Below are positions 17,354-25,504 of a DNA stretch of 28,892 nt, piece after piece. The DNA comes from a virus (taxonomy: Duplodnaviria > Caudoviricetes): the IMG/VR virus record IMGVR_UViG_3300037423_000178, positions 1 to 28,892 of that record; one strand, given 5' to 3'. Each line of letters begins with the position of its first letter. Position 1 is the stretch's first letter. Made by a program: the position numbers and the translations under genes. Below the pieces are notes generated by a model. The model made no database searches. It was not told the DNA's origin and saw nothing but the letters and a program-made list of their open reading frames with translations.

Positions 17354-19006
17354 ATGTCAGAAGCACTCTCCACCTTTGCGAACACGATCCTTGAGGGCAA
17401 GTACCTCAAGGGCGAGGAGAGTGACTGGCGGGACATTGCAGGGCGCGTGGTGGGGGCCGTCGTCGGCCCCCACTTCCCTGAATTGGTGGACCCCATCACT
17501 GAGGCCATTGCAAACCGGGAGTTCATGCCGGGTGGCCGCTACCTTGCCAATGCGGGGTACTCCAACATGCTCAACAACTGCTTTCTCTACCGGGTGGGTG
17601 ACTCCAAAGAGGAGATTGCTGACTTCTACCGGAAGGGGACCGTCACCGGAATGACGGGCGGCGGCGTAGGCGCTGTGTGGTCGGACCTCCGGCCCCGTGG
17701 TGCAGCCGTCAAGTCCAATGGCGGCACGAGCACTGGCCCGTGTGCGTTCATGTACTCGTTCAACGAGATTGGCCGGGGTGTCGTCAATGGCGGCTCGCGG
17801 CGAATGGCGATCTGGGCGGGGCTGCACTGGTGGCACCCTGACGTGTTCGAGTTCATGGCGCTCAAGGATTGGGACGAGGACATTGTTGCCCGCAAGGCTG
17901 CGGACTTCTCTGCCTACGCCTCAATGGACATGACCAACATCAGCGTCATTCTGGACGACGACTTCTTCACGCTCATCAATGGCGACGCTGATGAGGTCGA
18001 GATTCAGACGGCGTGGGGCACGATCACCGTGGACCGGGACTGGGCCGAGCGCGTGTACTGGACTGCCGTCGAGAAGATGCTCAATGGTGGCGAGCCGGGA
18101 TTCTCCGTGGACCTGGGCGAGAACAAGTTCGAGAACCTGCGGAATCCCTGCTGCGAGATTACGTCCGAGGACGACTCGGACGTGTGCTGCCTCGGCTCAA
18201 TCAACATGGCCCGCATTGACACCATTGAGCGCATGGCTAAGGTGACCGAACTTGGCACGGTGTTCCTGCTCTGCGGCACCCTTGAGTCCGACGTTCCGCA
18301 CGAGGAAGTCCGGGTCACCCGCGAGAAGAACCGGCGCCTCGGGCTGGGCCTGATGGGCATTCACGAGTGGCTGATTCAGCGGGGCTATTCCTATGACCCC
18401 AACGACGAACTCGCTGAGTGGCTTGACGTGTGGCAGTACGCCTCGGATGGCGCTGCCGCGCACTACTCCTGGGAGTTGAGCATCAGCCAACCCAAGAAGG
18501 TGCGAGCCATCGCACCGACCGGCACCATCGGCATCATTGCCGAGACGACCACGGGAATTGAGCCGCTGTTCGCGGCTGGGTACAAGCGCCGCTACCTCGA
18601 CAATGGCGTGTGGAAGTACCAATACGTCGTGGACGCCACGGCTCAGCGAATGGTGGAGCAGTACGGCATTGACCCGGACGAGATTGAGACGGCGTACGAC
18701 CTTGCCAATGACCCTGGTCGGCGGCTGAGGATGCAGGCGTTTGTTCAGCAGTTCGTGGACCACGCAATCTCCTCGACGCTGAACCTGCCGAGCAAGGCGG
18801 ACCAGTTATTCACCACCGAGGAGTTCGGCTACCTCCTGCTCAATGTGCTGCCGCGTCTGCGGGGCGTCACGGTCTACCCGGACGGCTCCCGTGGAGGCCA
18901 GCCGCTCAACGTCGTGTCCTATCAGGAGGCGACGGACTGGGCTGGCTTCGAGTACGAGGAGGTCGGGCTCGACCAAGCGTGTGTCGGCGGTGTCTGCGGG
19001 GTGTGA
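17354..19006 (+). CDS. nrdJ: Ribonucleotide reductase, probably class II (B12-dependent)
   Basis: FMPGGRYL, NNCF, NPCCEI, CCLGSINM, LGLGLMG, IAPTGTI, ISSTLNLP, C-terminal CVGGVC; 550 aa with no adjacent beta subunit. Confidence 0.88.
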   Translation: MSEALSTFANTILEGKYLKGEESDWRDIAGRVVGAVVGPHFPELVDPITEAIANREFMPGGRYLANAGYSNMLNNCFLYRVGDSKEEIADFYRKGTVTGMTGGGVGAVWSDLRPRGAAVKSNGGTSTGPCAFMYSFNEIGRGVVNGGSRRMAIWAGLHWWHPDVFEFMALKDWDEDIVARKAADFSAYASMDMTNISVILDDDFFTLINGDADEVEIQTAWGTITVDRDWAERVYWTAVEKMLNGGEPGFSVDLGENKFENLRNPCCEITSEDDSDVCCLGSINMARIDTIERMAKVTELGTVFLLCGTLESDVPHEEVRVTREKNRRLGLGLMGIHEWLIQRGYSYDPNDELAEWLDVWQYASDGAAAHYSWELSISQPKKVRAIAPTGTIGIIAETTTGIEPLFAAGYKRRYLDNGVWKYQYVVDATAQRMVEQYGIDPDEIETAYDLANDPGRRLRMQAFVQQFVDHAISSTLNLPSKADQLFTTEEFGYLLLNVLPRLRGVTVYPDGSRGGQPLNVVSYQEATDWAGFEYEEVGLDQACVGGVCGV

Positions 19007-19065
19007 GCCCGCAGAGGCCACGATGCCAACGGACAAGTGAGAGACTTTACCTGTCCGCAAAGCAT

Positions 19066-19100
19066 GAGGGACCGGGCGTTTTCCACGCGCCCGGTCCCTC
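19066..19100. other. 13-bp perfect hairpin between CAAGTG motif copies
   Basis: GAGGGACCGGGCG-N9-CGCCCGGTCCCTC; no U-tract. Confidence 0.7.
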
Positions 19101-19160
19101 GTTGCAACAAGTGAGAGGAGTTGCGGGGCCTACGGTACCCGCTCGGTGAGAGGAGCACAA

Positions 19161-19382
19161 GTGGACGGAGAGGAATTCACGCTGGCCGTTTCGACCAGCA
19201 GTGACAGCGCCGCGCTTTTCCATCGCGGCAAGCGCGTTGACTGTGGGCACATTGACGACGTGCGCGAGCGGCTTATTGACCGGCTCGGTGTCTGCACCGA
19301 GTACGTGCCGAGTGTCGTCGTGGACATTGCCAAGAGCGGGTGGCTCGGTGTCGCCTCGAACATCGAGGAGTTGGGCCTGTGA
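19161..19382 (+). CDS. Hypothetical protein
   Basis: GAGGAG RBS before GTG 19161; TGATG overlap with the next gene. Confidence 0.65.
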   Translation: MDGEEFTLAVSTSSDSAALFHRGKRVDCGHIDDVRERLIDRLGVCTEYVPSVVVDIAKSGWLGVASNIEELGL

Positions 19383-19546
19383 TGGACGACTGGCCCACGG
19401 TCTGCATCGCGCACGGGGCGTTCATTCCCTGTCGCAAGAGCGGAGAGCACCGCTACACCAGTAATCCCTACTGGGTGAAGTCGGTTCGGGACTATCACGG
19501 AAGCACCATCCCTGGTCTGACGTGGGAGCCAGCATGGGACCGATAA
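19382..19546 (+). CDS. Hypothetical protein (Cys/His motif)
   Basis: MDDWPTVCIAHGAFIPCRK...; GAGGAG RBS. Confidence 0.65.
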   Translation: MDDWPTVCIAHGAFIPCRKSGEHRYTSNPYWVKSVRDYHGSTIPGLTWEPAWDR

Positions 19547-19551
19547 AGCGA

Positions 19552-19650
19552 ATGGATGAAGTGAGTTACCTCCCCGGCATTGCCATGTGCCTTTTCGGGG
19601 CGGGGCTCATCTGGATTGGGCGCGCATTGAGCGCGCCAAAGAACAAGTGA
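19552..19650 (+). CDS. Small membrane peptide
   Basis: MDEVSYLPGIAMCLFGAGLIWIGRALSAPKNK*; fills the gap; stop lies within an ACAAGTGA motif. Confidence 0.45.
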   Translation: MDEVSYLPGIAMCLFGAGLIWIGRALSAPKNK

Positions 19651-19663
19651 GAGGGGAATACCA

Positions 19664-19858
19664 ATGCTGACCAAGACAGAGCGCATCTACACCCACGAGC
19701 CGCAGAGGTTCGGTCCGCTTGAGCGGTTCGCTCAGCGGGACGAGGACACCCAAGACCTGCTGTCCTCGGTGTGGGTCAACAAGCAGACCTTTGACGACCT
19801 GGGCCAGCCGGACCAGATCACCGTCACCATCGAGCCCGGAGACCGTCTCAATGGCTAG
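19664..19858 (+). CDS. Hypothetical protein
   Basis: GAGGGG RBS; 64 aa. Confidence 0.7.
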   Translation: MLTKTERIYTHEPQRFGPLERFAQRDEDTQDLLSSVWVNKQTFDDLGQPDQITVTIEPGDRLNG

Positions 19859-20309
19859 GCGCAATCTGCTCAGCCTGCTCGGCGAACTCGTCACCATGAA
19901 GGTGACGCAGTGGGCCGTGGACTCGGACGGAATGGACAACTGGGAGGACGACCGCGAGCCTGCCGACATTCTTGACGGAGCCAATGTCGTCACGAGCAAG
20001 CGCATCCCGCCAAAGGCACCCCATTGGTACGGCGAGAAGCAGGCAGCGGAATACGCGGCGGGGGTCAAGTCCAACCACGCGATCCTGCTGGACATTGACG
20101 TCCCGGCTTGGCTGGTGCCGTCCTCGACCGAGGGGCACTCGCACCTGTACGTCGATGTGCATTGCCGCGAGGAGGACTACTTCGCCTTCCTCGATGCTGC
20201 CGCAAAGGTCGGGCTCATTCAGTACGGCTACGCCTCGGCATCGAAGAAGAAGGGCGCGACGTTCCTGCGCCTGCCGTGGGTGAAGAAGCCAGTCGCGGAG
20301 CCGTTCTGA
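19851..20309 (+). CDS. Hypothetical protein with DID and HxHLY motifs
   Basis: HAILLDIDVPAWLVPSSTEGHSHLYVD; start chosen from the 8-nt overlap with the upstream gene. Confidence 0.7.
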   Translation: MARRNLLSLLGELVTMKVTQWAVDSDGMDNWEDDREPADILDGANVVTSKRIPPKAPHWYGEKQAAEYAAGVKSNHAILLDIDVPAWLVPSSTEGHSHLYVDVHCREEDYFAFLDAAAKVGLIQYGYASASKKKGATFLRLPWVKKPVAEPF

Positions 20310-20518
20310 TGAGCGTCCAGATTCATTGCGACAACTGCGACGACTCGCTTGCCACCATCGAGCCCTCAATGGGAGGGCGGGCGGACACGGAGCACGTCAT
20401 CATTCTGGACGGGAAGCCGGACAGTTACTTCGGCGGCGAGTTTCCGCCTCACCGTCGTGACTTCTGCGACTACCCCTGCCTTTCACGGTGGGCAAAGAAG
20501 CGGGGTGAGGCCGCATGA
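20309..20518 (+). CDS. Small Zn-binding hypothetical protein
   Basis: CDNC...FCDYPC; TGATG overlap. Confidence 0.65.
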   Translation: MSVQIHCDNCDDSLATIEPSMGGRADTEHVIILDGKPDSYFGGEFPPHRRDFCDYPCLSRWAKKRGEAA

Positions 20519-20760
20519 AGCGGCCCACCTTCCACATCACCACTAGCGACGGCAGCACGGTCTTTCCCGACGTGGAGATTGTCGAGCGATGCCGCACCGA
20601 CGTTGGCGGAATCATCCCCAATGACGTGCGCATCAATGGCGTCTCGATGCACGTCCCGATTGACGCGCCAATCACCGTCGATACCCACCCCGAGGAACTG
20701 ACCACGGTCACGGTCACCCTCGTCGTCAATTCCGTTTCGATCAAGAGGGAGGCAGCATGA
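20515..20760 (+). CDS. Hypothetical protein
   Basis: ATGA overlap, GAGG RBS. Confidence 0.65.
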   Translation: MKRPTFHITTSDGSTVFPDVEIVERCRTDVGGIIPNDVRINGVSMHVPIDAPITVDTHPEELTTVTVTLVVNSVSIKREAA

Positions 20761-21044
20761 GCATCGTCATTGACCCAATGGTGCCGGATGACAGGGTGTG
20801 GGTGATCCCCGGCGAGATTCCCGTCATCGACATGAGCCCGCTGACTTCCGCATTCAAGCGGATCGGGGAGAAGGCAGCCGAGACGGCTGCCGCTGTCCAG
20901 CGGTTCATTGATTCCCTGCCACCCATTCCCCCGGAGGTCCGGTGCGATTACTCGTGGCTGTGGGAGAGTCAGTGCGCTCATTGCCTGGGTCACGTCGCTG
21001 ACTGGGAGGAGCCCCGGCGCAAGCCCAAGGTCTACGGCGAATGA
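20757..21044 (+). CDS. Hypothetical protein with C-terminal Cys/His cluster
   Basis: ATGA overlap; CDYSWLWESQCAHCLGH. Confidence 0.65.
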   Translation: MSIVIDPMVPDDRVWVIPGEIPVIDMSPLTSAFKRIGEKAAETAAAVQRFIDSLPPIPPEVRCDYSWLWESQCAHCLGHVADWEEPRRKPKVYGE

Positions 21045-21202
21045 TCGGGGTTCAGGTTCACCTTCTGTCGCAGTCGCAACCCATTGAGCGCGAGGCCATC
21101 AACACGTACACAAAGGACGGGCTGTTCTGCGTGTACCTGCGGGACGGGACGGTGGAGAAGTACCCCCTGGTGGGCATCTTCCGAATCGTGGAGAAGTCGT
21201 GA
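21041..21202 (+). CDS. Hypothetical protein (53 aa, not in the ORF track)
   Basis: MIGVQVHLLSQSQPIEREAINTYTKDGLFCVYLRDGTVEKYPLVGIFRIVEKS*; ATGA and GTGA overlaps. Confidence 0.65.
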   Translation: MIGVQVHLLSQSQPIEREAINTYTKDGLFCVYLRDGTVEKYPLVGIFRIVEKS

Positions 21203-21393
21203 CGTTCATGGACGGGGACGTGGTGAGCAATGGGTTCACCACGGTCCTCGTTCGTCAGGCCGGTGAGTGGTATCAGGTCAGCGCGTTCGGCACGACCAAG
21301 ACCAATGACTTCACGGTGATGCAGGAGATTGCAGCCGGTCGTCTGCAGGTTGAGCGCAAGCGGGTGCCTCTCACGTTCCGCAATGCGGCGTGA
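21199..21393 (+). CDS. Hypothetical protein
   Basis: GTGA overlap, GGAG RBS. Confidence 0.6.
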   Translation: MTFMDGDVVSNGFTTVLVRQAGEWYQVSAFGTTKTNDFTVMQEIAAGRLQVERKRVPLTFRNAA

Positions 21394-21613
21394 CAAACGG
21401 GGACGGCGCATTGGTCGGAACCTCTGGCGCGAGTACGTAACCGACACCTGGGCGTGCGCCTATCAGGCGTGGTGGCTTGGCCTAGAGGAATCGGCAATGG
21501 GCTATGACACCGAGGCTGCCGAATACCGGGCCGAGAATCCGCCGCCCCGGCTCGGAGACTTCATGGTGGCGCTCTCGCCGTCGTGGTCTAACCCAATGAG
21601 GGATGCGGCCTAG
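21383..21613 (+). CDS. Hypothetical protein
   Basis: MRRDKRGRRIGRNLWREY...YRAENPPPRLGDFM; last rightward gene of the block. Confidence 0.6.
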   Translation: MRRDKRGRRIGRNLWREYVTDTWACAYQAWWLGLEESAMGYDTEAAEYRAENPPPRLGDFMVALSPSWSNPMRDAA

Positions 21614-21780
21614 CGGCGCGAGTTGCAGACCACTACTTCGGTCTCGCTGACAATCTCAATGCGCCGCCAGTCACCGTCCGCTAGATCGACGGCTGTTTGC
21701 CACACTCGGGGGTGGACCTGCATCGAATAGACCTCGCCATTGCGCCGGTCCCTGACCGGCGTCTTGCGAGCGAACTGCAA
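21610..21780 (-). CDS. Hypothetical protein
   Basis: GAGGG 9 nt before TTG; ...VHPRVWQTAVDLADGDWRRIEIVSETEVVV; start uncertain. Confidence 0.55.
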   Translation of the reverse strand: MQFARKTPVRDRRNGEVYSMQVHPRVWQTAVDLADGDWRRIEIVSETEVVVCNSRR

Positions 21781-21898
21781 GACCCGTCCCTCGGATGCGC
21801 GAGTGACGGTGTGAGGATGGACAGAGGCGACCTGGGGGAGGGAAGTCACCCGCCCACGGTAACCACATCTGAGCGCCTGATTCCAGCCCGGACACACG

Positions 21899-21941
21899 AA
21901 GCCCCCTCTCTTAGCCGAAAGGCCGGGAGAGGGGGCTTTTT
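21899..21941 (+). terminator. Intrinsic terminator
   Basis: GCCCCCTCTC...GAGAGGGGGC stem followed by TTTTT. Confidence 0.8.
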
Positions 21942-21958
21942 GTCGTTCTGGTGAGGCG

Positions 21959-22177
21959 TTATGCATCCATCACGTACGTCGCCTCGGCGTAGATGGACTG
22001 CCATGACCTGACCTGATCCTCAGCGAGCCGCTTGACCGGCTCGTCGTCGGCCTTGGCCGCAGCGTCCTGCCAGAACTCGACCGTTGTGCGGAGGGCCGTG
22101 AGCACTTGCTCCCCGTGCGCCTCCATGAACTCTGATGGCGTCATGCGGGCGACGGTATCCACGTGACTCTCACTCAT
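21959..22177 (-). CDS. Hypothetical protein
   Basis: 72 aa; ATGA overlap with the upstream minus-strand gene. Confidence 0.65.
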   Translation of the reverse strand: MSESHVDTVARMTPSEFMEAHGEQVLTALRTTVEFWQDAAAKADDEPVKRLAEDQVRSWQSIYAEATYVMDA

Positions 22178-22401
22178 GTCAATGAGGGGATCGGGTTCTC
22201 AATGGCGGGCAATTCGCGGTCGGGGTGCTCGAACACCCACAGCCCCTCCTTCCTGCCGCAGGACGAGCAGATGTGGGTCCTGTCGTCCACTCGGGACAGC
22301 GCGAAGTTCGGCCCCTCCATTGGCGTCTTGCACCGGGGGCACTTCGGCCACCCGCCTTCGGGCTCCTCATACATGAAGTGCCTCCTCTCATCGGTGTCCA
22401 T
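22174..22401 (-). CDS. Zn-ribbon hypothetical protein
   Basis: CPRC...ALSRVD...ICSSCG. Confidence 0.7.
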   Translation of the reverse strand: MDTDERRHFMYEEPEGGWPKCPRCKTPMEGPNFALSRVDDRTHICSSCGRKEGLWVFEHPDRELPAIENPIPSLT

Positions 22402-22529
22402 GCGGACAGCCTACCTGGGCAACACGCCGCTGACCTGCAGCAATGCGGGTGTCGGATGGGACCTCAATGCGAACCTGTTGTCCATCGGGTACCATTTGCG
22501 GGTCCAGTCTAGCGGAGGAGAGCCCTGCG

Positions 22530-23978
22530 TTGCGAGCCCTGATCTATACCCGTGCATCCCTTGACCGTACTGGCGAGGGGAAGTCCAACTCCCGGCAGCG
22601 GGAGGAGTGCTTGCGCCTCACCGAGTACAAGCGGTGGGAGGTCATTGAGGTCAATGGACAGCCGTCCATTGACGATGTGTCGATCAGCGCCTACGGGGAG
22701 AAGGACCGCCCCGGCTGGAACAAGGTACTCGCAATGATCGAGGCGGGCGAAGTTGACGTGGTGGTCGCTTGGCACCTTGATCGGCTGACCCGGAACATGG
22801 CCGACCTTGAGCGATTGATCCTGCTCTGCGAGAAGCACAACGTCTCGGTCGCCACCGCCACGGGGGACATTGACCTGACGAATGACACGGGTCGGATGGT
22901 GGCTCGCATCCTCGCGGCTGTGGCTCGGCAGGAGGTCGAGCGCAAGGCGGCAAGGCAGCGGCTCGCGCACGTCCAGCGCCGACAGGAAGGACGCCCGTGG
23001 GCGGGCGTCAAGATGCTGGGCTACTCCCGTACTGGCGAGGTCATCGAGGAGGAGGCAGCCGCCATTCAGGCGGCTGCTGCTGCGGTGCTTGAGAAGGACG
23101 TGTCACTCGCTGAGGTTGGGCGCCAATGGACCGAGAAGGAACTGCGCTCGCCGTACCAAGCAATCAGGGATGACCAAGGCAATGTCATCGGGTTCAAGCC
23201 CTGGTCTCCGCGCGGGGTGAGGAACGTGCTGACCAACCCCCGGCTGGCCGGATACATCACGCACGATGGCGTGGTCCTGGGCAAGGGGAATTGGGAGCCG
23301 ATCATTGACGACACGACGGCGACGCTGCTGCTCTCGAAGTTGAATGCGCCGGAGCGGACGAACGGCAAGAGCAAGGCGGGTCGGCGTGCTGCCAACCTGC
23401 TCACCGGCATCGCGCGTTGCGGTATCTGCGAGGGCACAATGCGGGCCGCTGTGAAGCGGGGGCGGGAGACGTACATCTGCGGCGACTGGCACGTCTCGGT
23501 GCCACGCGAGGACGCGGACAATCTGGTCAAGGTGTCGCTCGGTCTGGCCGTCCAGTCCATGCTTCCCGGCTCGGTGATTGCGCTGCCTGCCGAGGAGGAT
23601 TCCCCGGAGGCCATTGCCGCCGAGGTCGAGCAACTGCGAGAGCGCCAGGGCAAGATCGCAAAGTCATTCGCCGCTGGCCTGATCGAGGAGGCGCAGTTCG
23701 ATGGCGCCATTGCCGAGATTGCCGAGAGGATCACGGCACTGCAGGACAAGGTGACCCACCCCTCGGAGGACGTGGAGTACAAGCGGGCAATGCTCAAGGC
23801 GTACGAGGAATTCAATACCGACGACCTCGCCGGTCAGCGTTCGGTCCTTGAGCGACTGACCAAGGTGACCATCAATCCCGCTGGGGTGGGCAAGCGCATG
23901 AGCGCGCGCAGTCAGGTCAATGTGCAGGTCCGTCAGCGCATAGGCCAGACCGAGAAGTGGATTCAGGCATACCCCTAG
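22530..23978 (+). CDS. int: Large serine integrase
   Basis: ALIYTRAS catalytic Ser motif, DRPGW, WHLDRLTR, recombinase domain, LLTGIARCGICEGTM Zn ribbon, coiled coil; GGAGGAG RBS before TTG 22530. Confidence 0.93.
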   Translation: MRALIYTRASLDRTGEGKSNSRQREECLRLTEYKRWEVIEVNGQPSIDDVSISAYGEKDRPGWNKVLAMIEAGEVDVVVAWHLDRLTRNMADLERLILLCEKHNVSVATATGDIDLTNDTGRMVARILAAVARQEVERKAARQRLAHVQRRQEGRPWAGVKMLGYSRTGEVIEEEAAAIQAAAAAVLEKDVSLAEVGRQWTEKELRSPYQAIRDDQGNVIGFKPWSPRGVRNVLTNPRLAGYITHDGVVLGKGNWEPIIDDTTATLLLSKLNAPERTNGKSKAGRRAANLLTGIARCGICEGTMRAAVKRGRETYICGDWHVSVPREDADNLVKVSLGLAVQSMLPGSVIALPAEEDSPEAIAAEVEQLRERQGKIAKSFAAGLIEEAQFDGAIAEIAERITALQDKVTHPSEDVEYKRAMLKAYEEFNTDDLAGQRSVLERLTKVTINPAGVGKRMSARSQVNVQVRQRIGQTEKWIQAYP

Positions 23979-23982
23979 AAAC

Positions 23983-24020
23983 AAAAAAAGCCCCCGGCTA
24001 AAAGCCGGGGGCTATCTTTT
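23983..24020. terminator. Bidirectional intrinsic terminator
   Basis: A7-GCCCCCGGCT-AAA-AGCCGGGGGC-TATCTTTT between the integrase and the convergent leftward operon. Confidence 0.9.
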
Positions 24021-24161
24021 GTGGTGATGTGGTCCTTCCCCAAGTACCCATCACCGATTCAATTGTGTCATGCCCGTTAATCCCGTAGGCGGGAGTAGGA
24101 GCCCTCTCGCTTTCTGTCGTAGTTCCCACCCTTTGCGAGCGGACATTGCCGCCGCTCACCG

Positions 24162-24212
24162 TGCGCCGGTTGGGAGTCGAACCCAACTAGGCCATCCTCC
24201 CCGAGGCGGCGC
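24162..24212 (-). ncRNA. tRNA-like minihelix (acceptor-like stem plus T-arm, no anticodon arm)
   Basis: Minus strand: GCGCCG-CCTCGGGGAGG-ATGGCCTA-GTTGGG-TTCGACT-CCCAAC-CGGCGC-A. Confidence 0.55.
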
Positions 24213-24220
24213 GAGTCTTG

Positions 24221-24421
24221 CTATGCCGCTAGCGCGGCAATGATCTTGTCGGCCATCACTTCGGCCCGACTCTTGTTGTGCAGGCATTCGCCATCGTACG
24301 TGTGATCCTTCCACCCGTCTTCGGTTGGGCAGTCGTCACCGTCGTACGCCTCGGAATAGATGCAGCACCCACACCCGAGCAGGCCGGTCTCATTGATCGC
24401 CTTAACAATCAGGTCCCTCAT
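24221..24421 (-). CDS. Cys-rich hypothetical protein
   Basis: MRDLIVKAINETGLLGCGCC...; GGAGGG RBS; TGATG overlap. Confidence 0.6.
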   Translation of the reverse strand: MRDLIVKAINETGLLGCGCCIYSEAYDGDDCPTEDGWKDHTYDGECLHNKSRAEVMADKIIAALAA

Positions 24422-24993
24422 CACGCGACCCTCCCTTCGAGTTCGCCCCACGCCTTGAGCAATTCGGCGTTGGCCCATTCCATCTGCTGCAGCAGGTAGT
24501 CACGCTCAATGACCACCGCATCGTACGCCGCAGCGAGGCGGTCAGCCTCGCCGTCGTACTCGTCGCGCTTTGCCTCGGCCTCGCGGAGTTTGCCGGTCAG
24601 GTCGGTAATGGTGGACTCGTGCGCCTTGATCGTCTTTGCGTCGCCGCGCTGCTCCTCCCCCAGTGCCTTGATCTTCTCGTCCTTGCGCTTGCACTCGGCG
24701 CATCCCCTATCCTCCACCGATGGGGAGTAGGGCTGAACGTACGGGTCAATGGAGAATGTGGTGAATGGGTTCGAGTTCGAGTTGCCCGACCCGCAATCGC
24801 ATCCGGGCATCCCCAATGCGCAGTTCCCATTGCGGCGCTGAGGCTCGACCGGATCACCGCCCCTGACCTGCCGGTATCCGTAGGTGCCATCGGGCTTCAC
24901 GAAGGTCTCGAATGCAATCGGGTCCGGGTCGGAGCCGACGAGCAGGTCTTTCTCCCATTGGGCCAGGGGCTCAGTAGCGATACCGCTCGCCAC
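24421..24993 (-). CDS. Hypothetical protein with C-terminal coiled coil
   Basis: 190 aa; CAEC followed by heptad-rich helix. Confidence 0.65.
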   Translation of the reverse strand: MASGIATEPLAQWEKDLLVGSDPDPIAFETFVKPDGTYGYRQVRGGDPVEPQRRNGNCALGMPGCDCGSGNSNSNPFTTFSIDPYVQPYSPSVEDRGCAECKRKDEKIKALGEEQRGDAKTIKAHESTITDLTGKLREAEAKRDEYDGEADRLAAAYDAVVIERDYLLQQMEWANAELLKAWGELEGRVA

Positions 24994-25108
24994 GACTCAC
25001 CCCCGCAATGAGGAAGCCCACCGCGCGCGTCGCGTCAGCGGCAATGCGCGTCACGTCGGACGCGATGAGCACCGGGACAGCGGCAAAGAACCGAACGGGA
25101 TTGCGCAT
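24971..25108 (-). CDS. Small hypothetical protein (45 aa)
   Basis: MRNPVRFFAAVPVLIASDVTRIAADATRAVGFLIAGVSRGERYRY*; TGATG overlap. Confidence 0.5.
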   Translation of the reverse strand: MRNPVRFFAAVPVLIASDVTRIAADATRAVGFLIAGVSRGERYRY

Positions 25109-25473
25109 CACGCACGCCCCTTCTTCTCGTCGGCAATGATGGCCTCGGCAGCCGCGCGGAACGCGGCCTCGTCGTCAGACTGAGTGGCCGTACCCCGGCC
25201 CTTGCCCTTGCTCACGGTGGCCTTCGTCACACCATTGCCGTGCCGCTCATTGAGCAGGTCAGCCACGGCCTGAGCCTCGGTCACGCGCTTCTCAACGCTG
25301 CCCTCGGTGAACCACGGGAGGTAGTCAATGCCCACCGCCCGGAGCAGGGGACCGGCAGCGTGGTAGCAGCCGTCAACGGTGTCGTAGACGCCGACCTTCT
25401 TGCCGTTGTCATTCACCTTGACGATGAAGCGGGCGGCGTCCTTGTCGGTGCTGGGGGTGATGGTCAGGGTCAT
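25108..25473 (-). CDS. Hypothetical protein
   Basis: GAGAGGA RBS, ATG 25473, first gene after the repeated promoter. Confidence 0.7.
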   Translation of the reverse strand: MTLTITPSTDKDAARFIVKVNDNGKKVGVYDTVDGCYHAAGPLLRAVGIDYLPWFTEGSVEKRVTEAQAVADLLNERHGNGVTKATVSKGKGRGTATQSDDEAAFRAAAEAIIADEKKGRA

Positions 25474-25504
25474 GGTGGATTCCTCTCTCTCACTTGTTGC
25501 ATGA

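Noticed and set aside
17354-19006. Intein or intron in the RNR gene
   Set aside because: Compact, continuous 550-aa ORF with all motifs and no splice-junction signatures.
22443-22529. N-terminal extension of the integrase from ATG 22443
   Set aside because: A strong GGAGGAG precedes TTG 22530, which places the catalytic YxRxS motif at the usual position near the N-terminus.
7637-24013. Shared GCCCCCGGC stem in the terminators at 7637 and 23990 as a mobile repeat or att core
   Set aside because: Short GC stem typical of actinobacterial terminators; the flanks are unrelated.
24162-24212. Canonical tRNA gene
   Set aside because: Only 51 nt, with no anticodon arm or proper D-loop; reported as a tRNA-like element instead.
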